NCBI GenBank assembly: GCA_964509365.1
Contig: CAZDWN010000002.1
Span: 67,701-131,700, forward strand
Reading direction: 5' to 3'
Length of the DNA: 64,000 bases
DNA from: an uncultured Pseudomonadales bacterium
GTDB taxonomy: Bacteria > Patescibacteriota > Microgenomatia > UBA1400 > UBA12028
The position numbers were made by a program, and so were the translations under genes. The notes under the pieces were generated by a model. The model saw nothing but the letters and a program-made list of their open reading frames with translations. It had not been told where the DNA came from and ran no database searches. Of the stretch, positions 63,649 to 64,000 are shown in pieces (the stretch's first letter is position 1; the number at the start of each line of letters is the position of its first letter).

Positions 63649-64000
63649 CTATGAAAGATTTTGCGAAGCGAAACTTCCATTATCTGGTCTTATTGATTCT
63701 CCTGATTGTGGTCCTGAATTTGGCCGGTTCGCGGATCCATTTTGAGAACATGCCGGATGTGCGACCGCGAGTGCTCGCGTTGTTTACGACAGTTCCAGAT
63801 GGCTACGTCAAAGTCGTTGAGAATGTGGATGGCGATACGCTGCATGTCATGCAAGATGGCAAACAAGAGACCGTGCGCTTGCTCGGAGTCGATACTCCAG
63901 AGACGAAAGACCCTCGCAAAAGCGTGCAATGTTTTGGGCACAACGCGTCGGAGTACACAAAGTCACTCGTGTCCGGGCGAGCGGTCAAACTTATTGCCGA
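63645..64000 (+). CDS. thermonuclease (staphylococcal nuclease-like) family protein; C-terminus runs off the window
   Basis: ATGA overlap with the upstream stop. N-terminal TM. SNase motif VVENVDGDTLHVMQDGKQETVRLLGVDTPET. Confidence 0.65.
   Translation, partial: MTMKDFAKRNFHYLVLLILLIVVLNLAGSRIHFENMPDVRPRVLALFTTVPDGYVKVVENVDGDTLHVMQDGKQETVRLLGVDTPETKDPRKSVQCFGHNASEYTKSLVSGRAVKLIA

Overview
This 64 kb window of standard-code bacterial DNA is densely coding, with about 60 genes and almost no intergenic space. All calls below come from reading the ORF translations for family motifs; no database searches were run, so every family assignment is an inference.

Recognisable housekeeping and regulatory genes:
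- glucose-6-phosphate dehydrogenase (zwf) and a short-form 6-phosphogluconate dehydrogenase (gnd)
- histidyl-tRNA synthetase (hisS)
- ZIP zinc transporter, NUDIX hydrolase, GNAT acetyltransferase, SAM-dependent methyltransferase
- two PAS histidine kinases and three receiver-only response regulators

Most of the rest encodes envelope or surface proteins. The window reads like an accessory, surface-biology-rich region of an uncultivated monoderm-like bacterium (low-confidence guess).

Main accessory content, in window order:
1. A type I restriction-modification hsdM (methylase subunit) fragment with an N-terminal HTH, translationally coupled to a DinD/RhuM-like gene, lies beside a Cas4-like/DUF2779 nuclease, a PIF1-family helicase and a HAD-like phosphatase.
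2. A Wzy_C (O-antigen-ligase / O-oligosaccharyltransferase family) membrane protein sits next to two Pro/Thr-rich secreted paralogs that share a conserved C-terminal tail.
3. A 19 kb cell-surface cluster (20.5-39.8 kb) contains tandem secreted paralogs, a fused and apparently frameshifted tandem array of DUF916-like units (signal peptide, Ig-like ectodomain, C-terminal membrane anchor), a 941-aa protein and a 2,920-aa giant protein with four ~1.3 kb internal repeats.
4. A HepT/MntA (HEPN/nucleotidyltransferase) toxin-antitoxin cassette is inserted between two convergent surface-protein genes and is flanked by a perfect 31-bp direct repeat.
5. Directly downstream of the giant protein is a putative protein O-glycosylation module: TMTC-like and PMT-like GT-C transferases with TPR tails plus a GT2 polyprenol-phosphate-sugar synthase.
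6. A sensor kinase appears split into a membrane Cache part and a soluble PAS-kinase part.
7. An ATP-grasp ligase, a papain-like (C39_2) peptidase and a GNAT sit together as a possible peptide-ligation/modification module.
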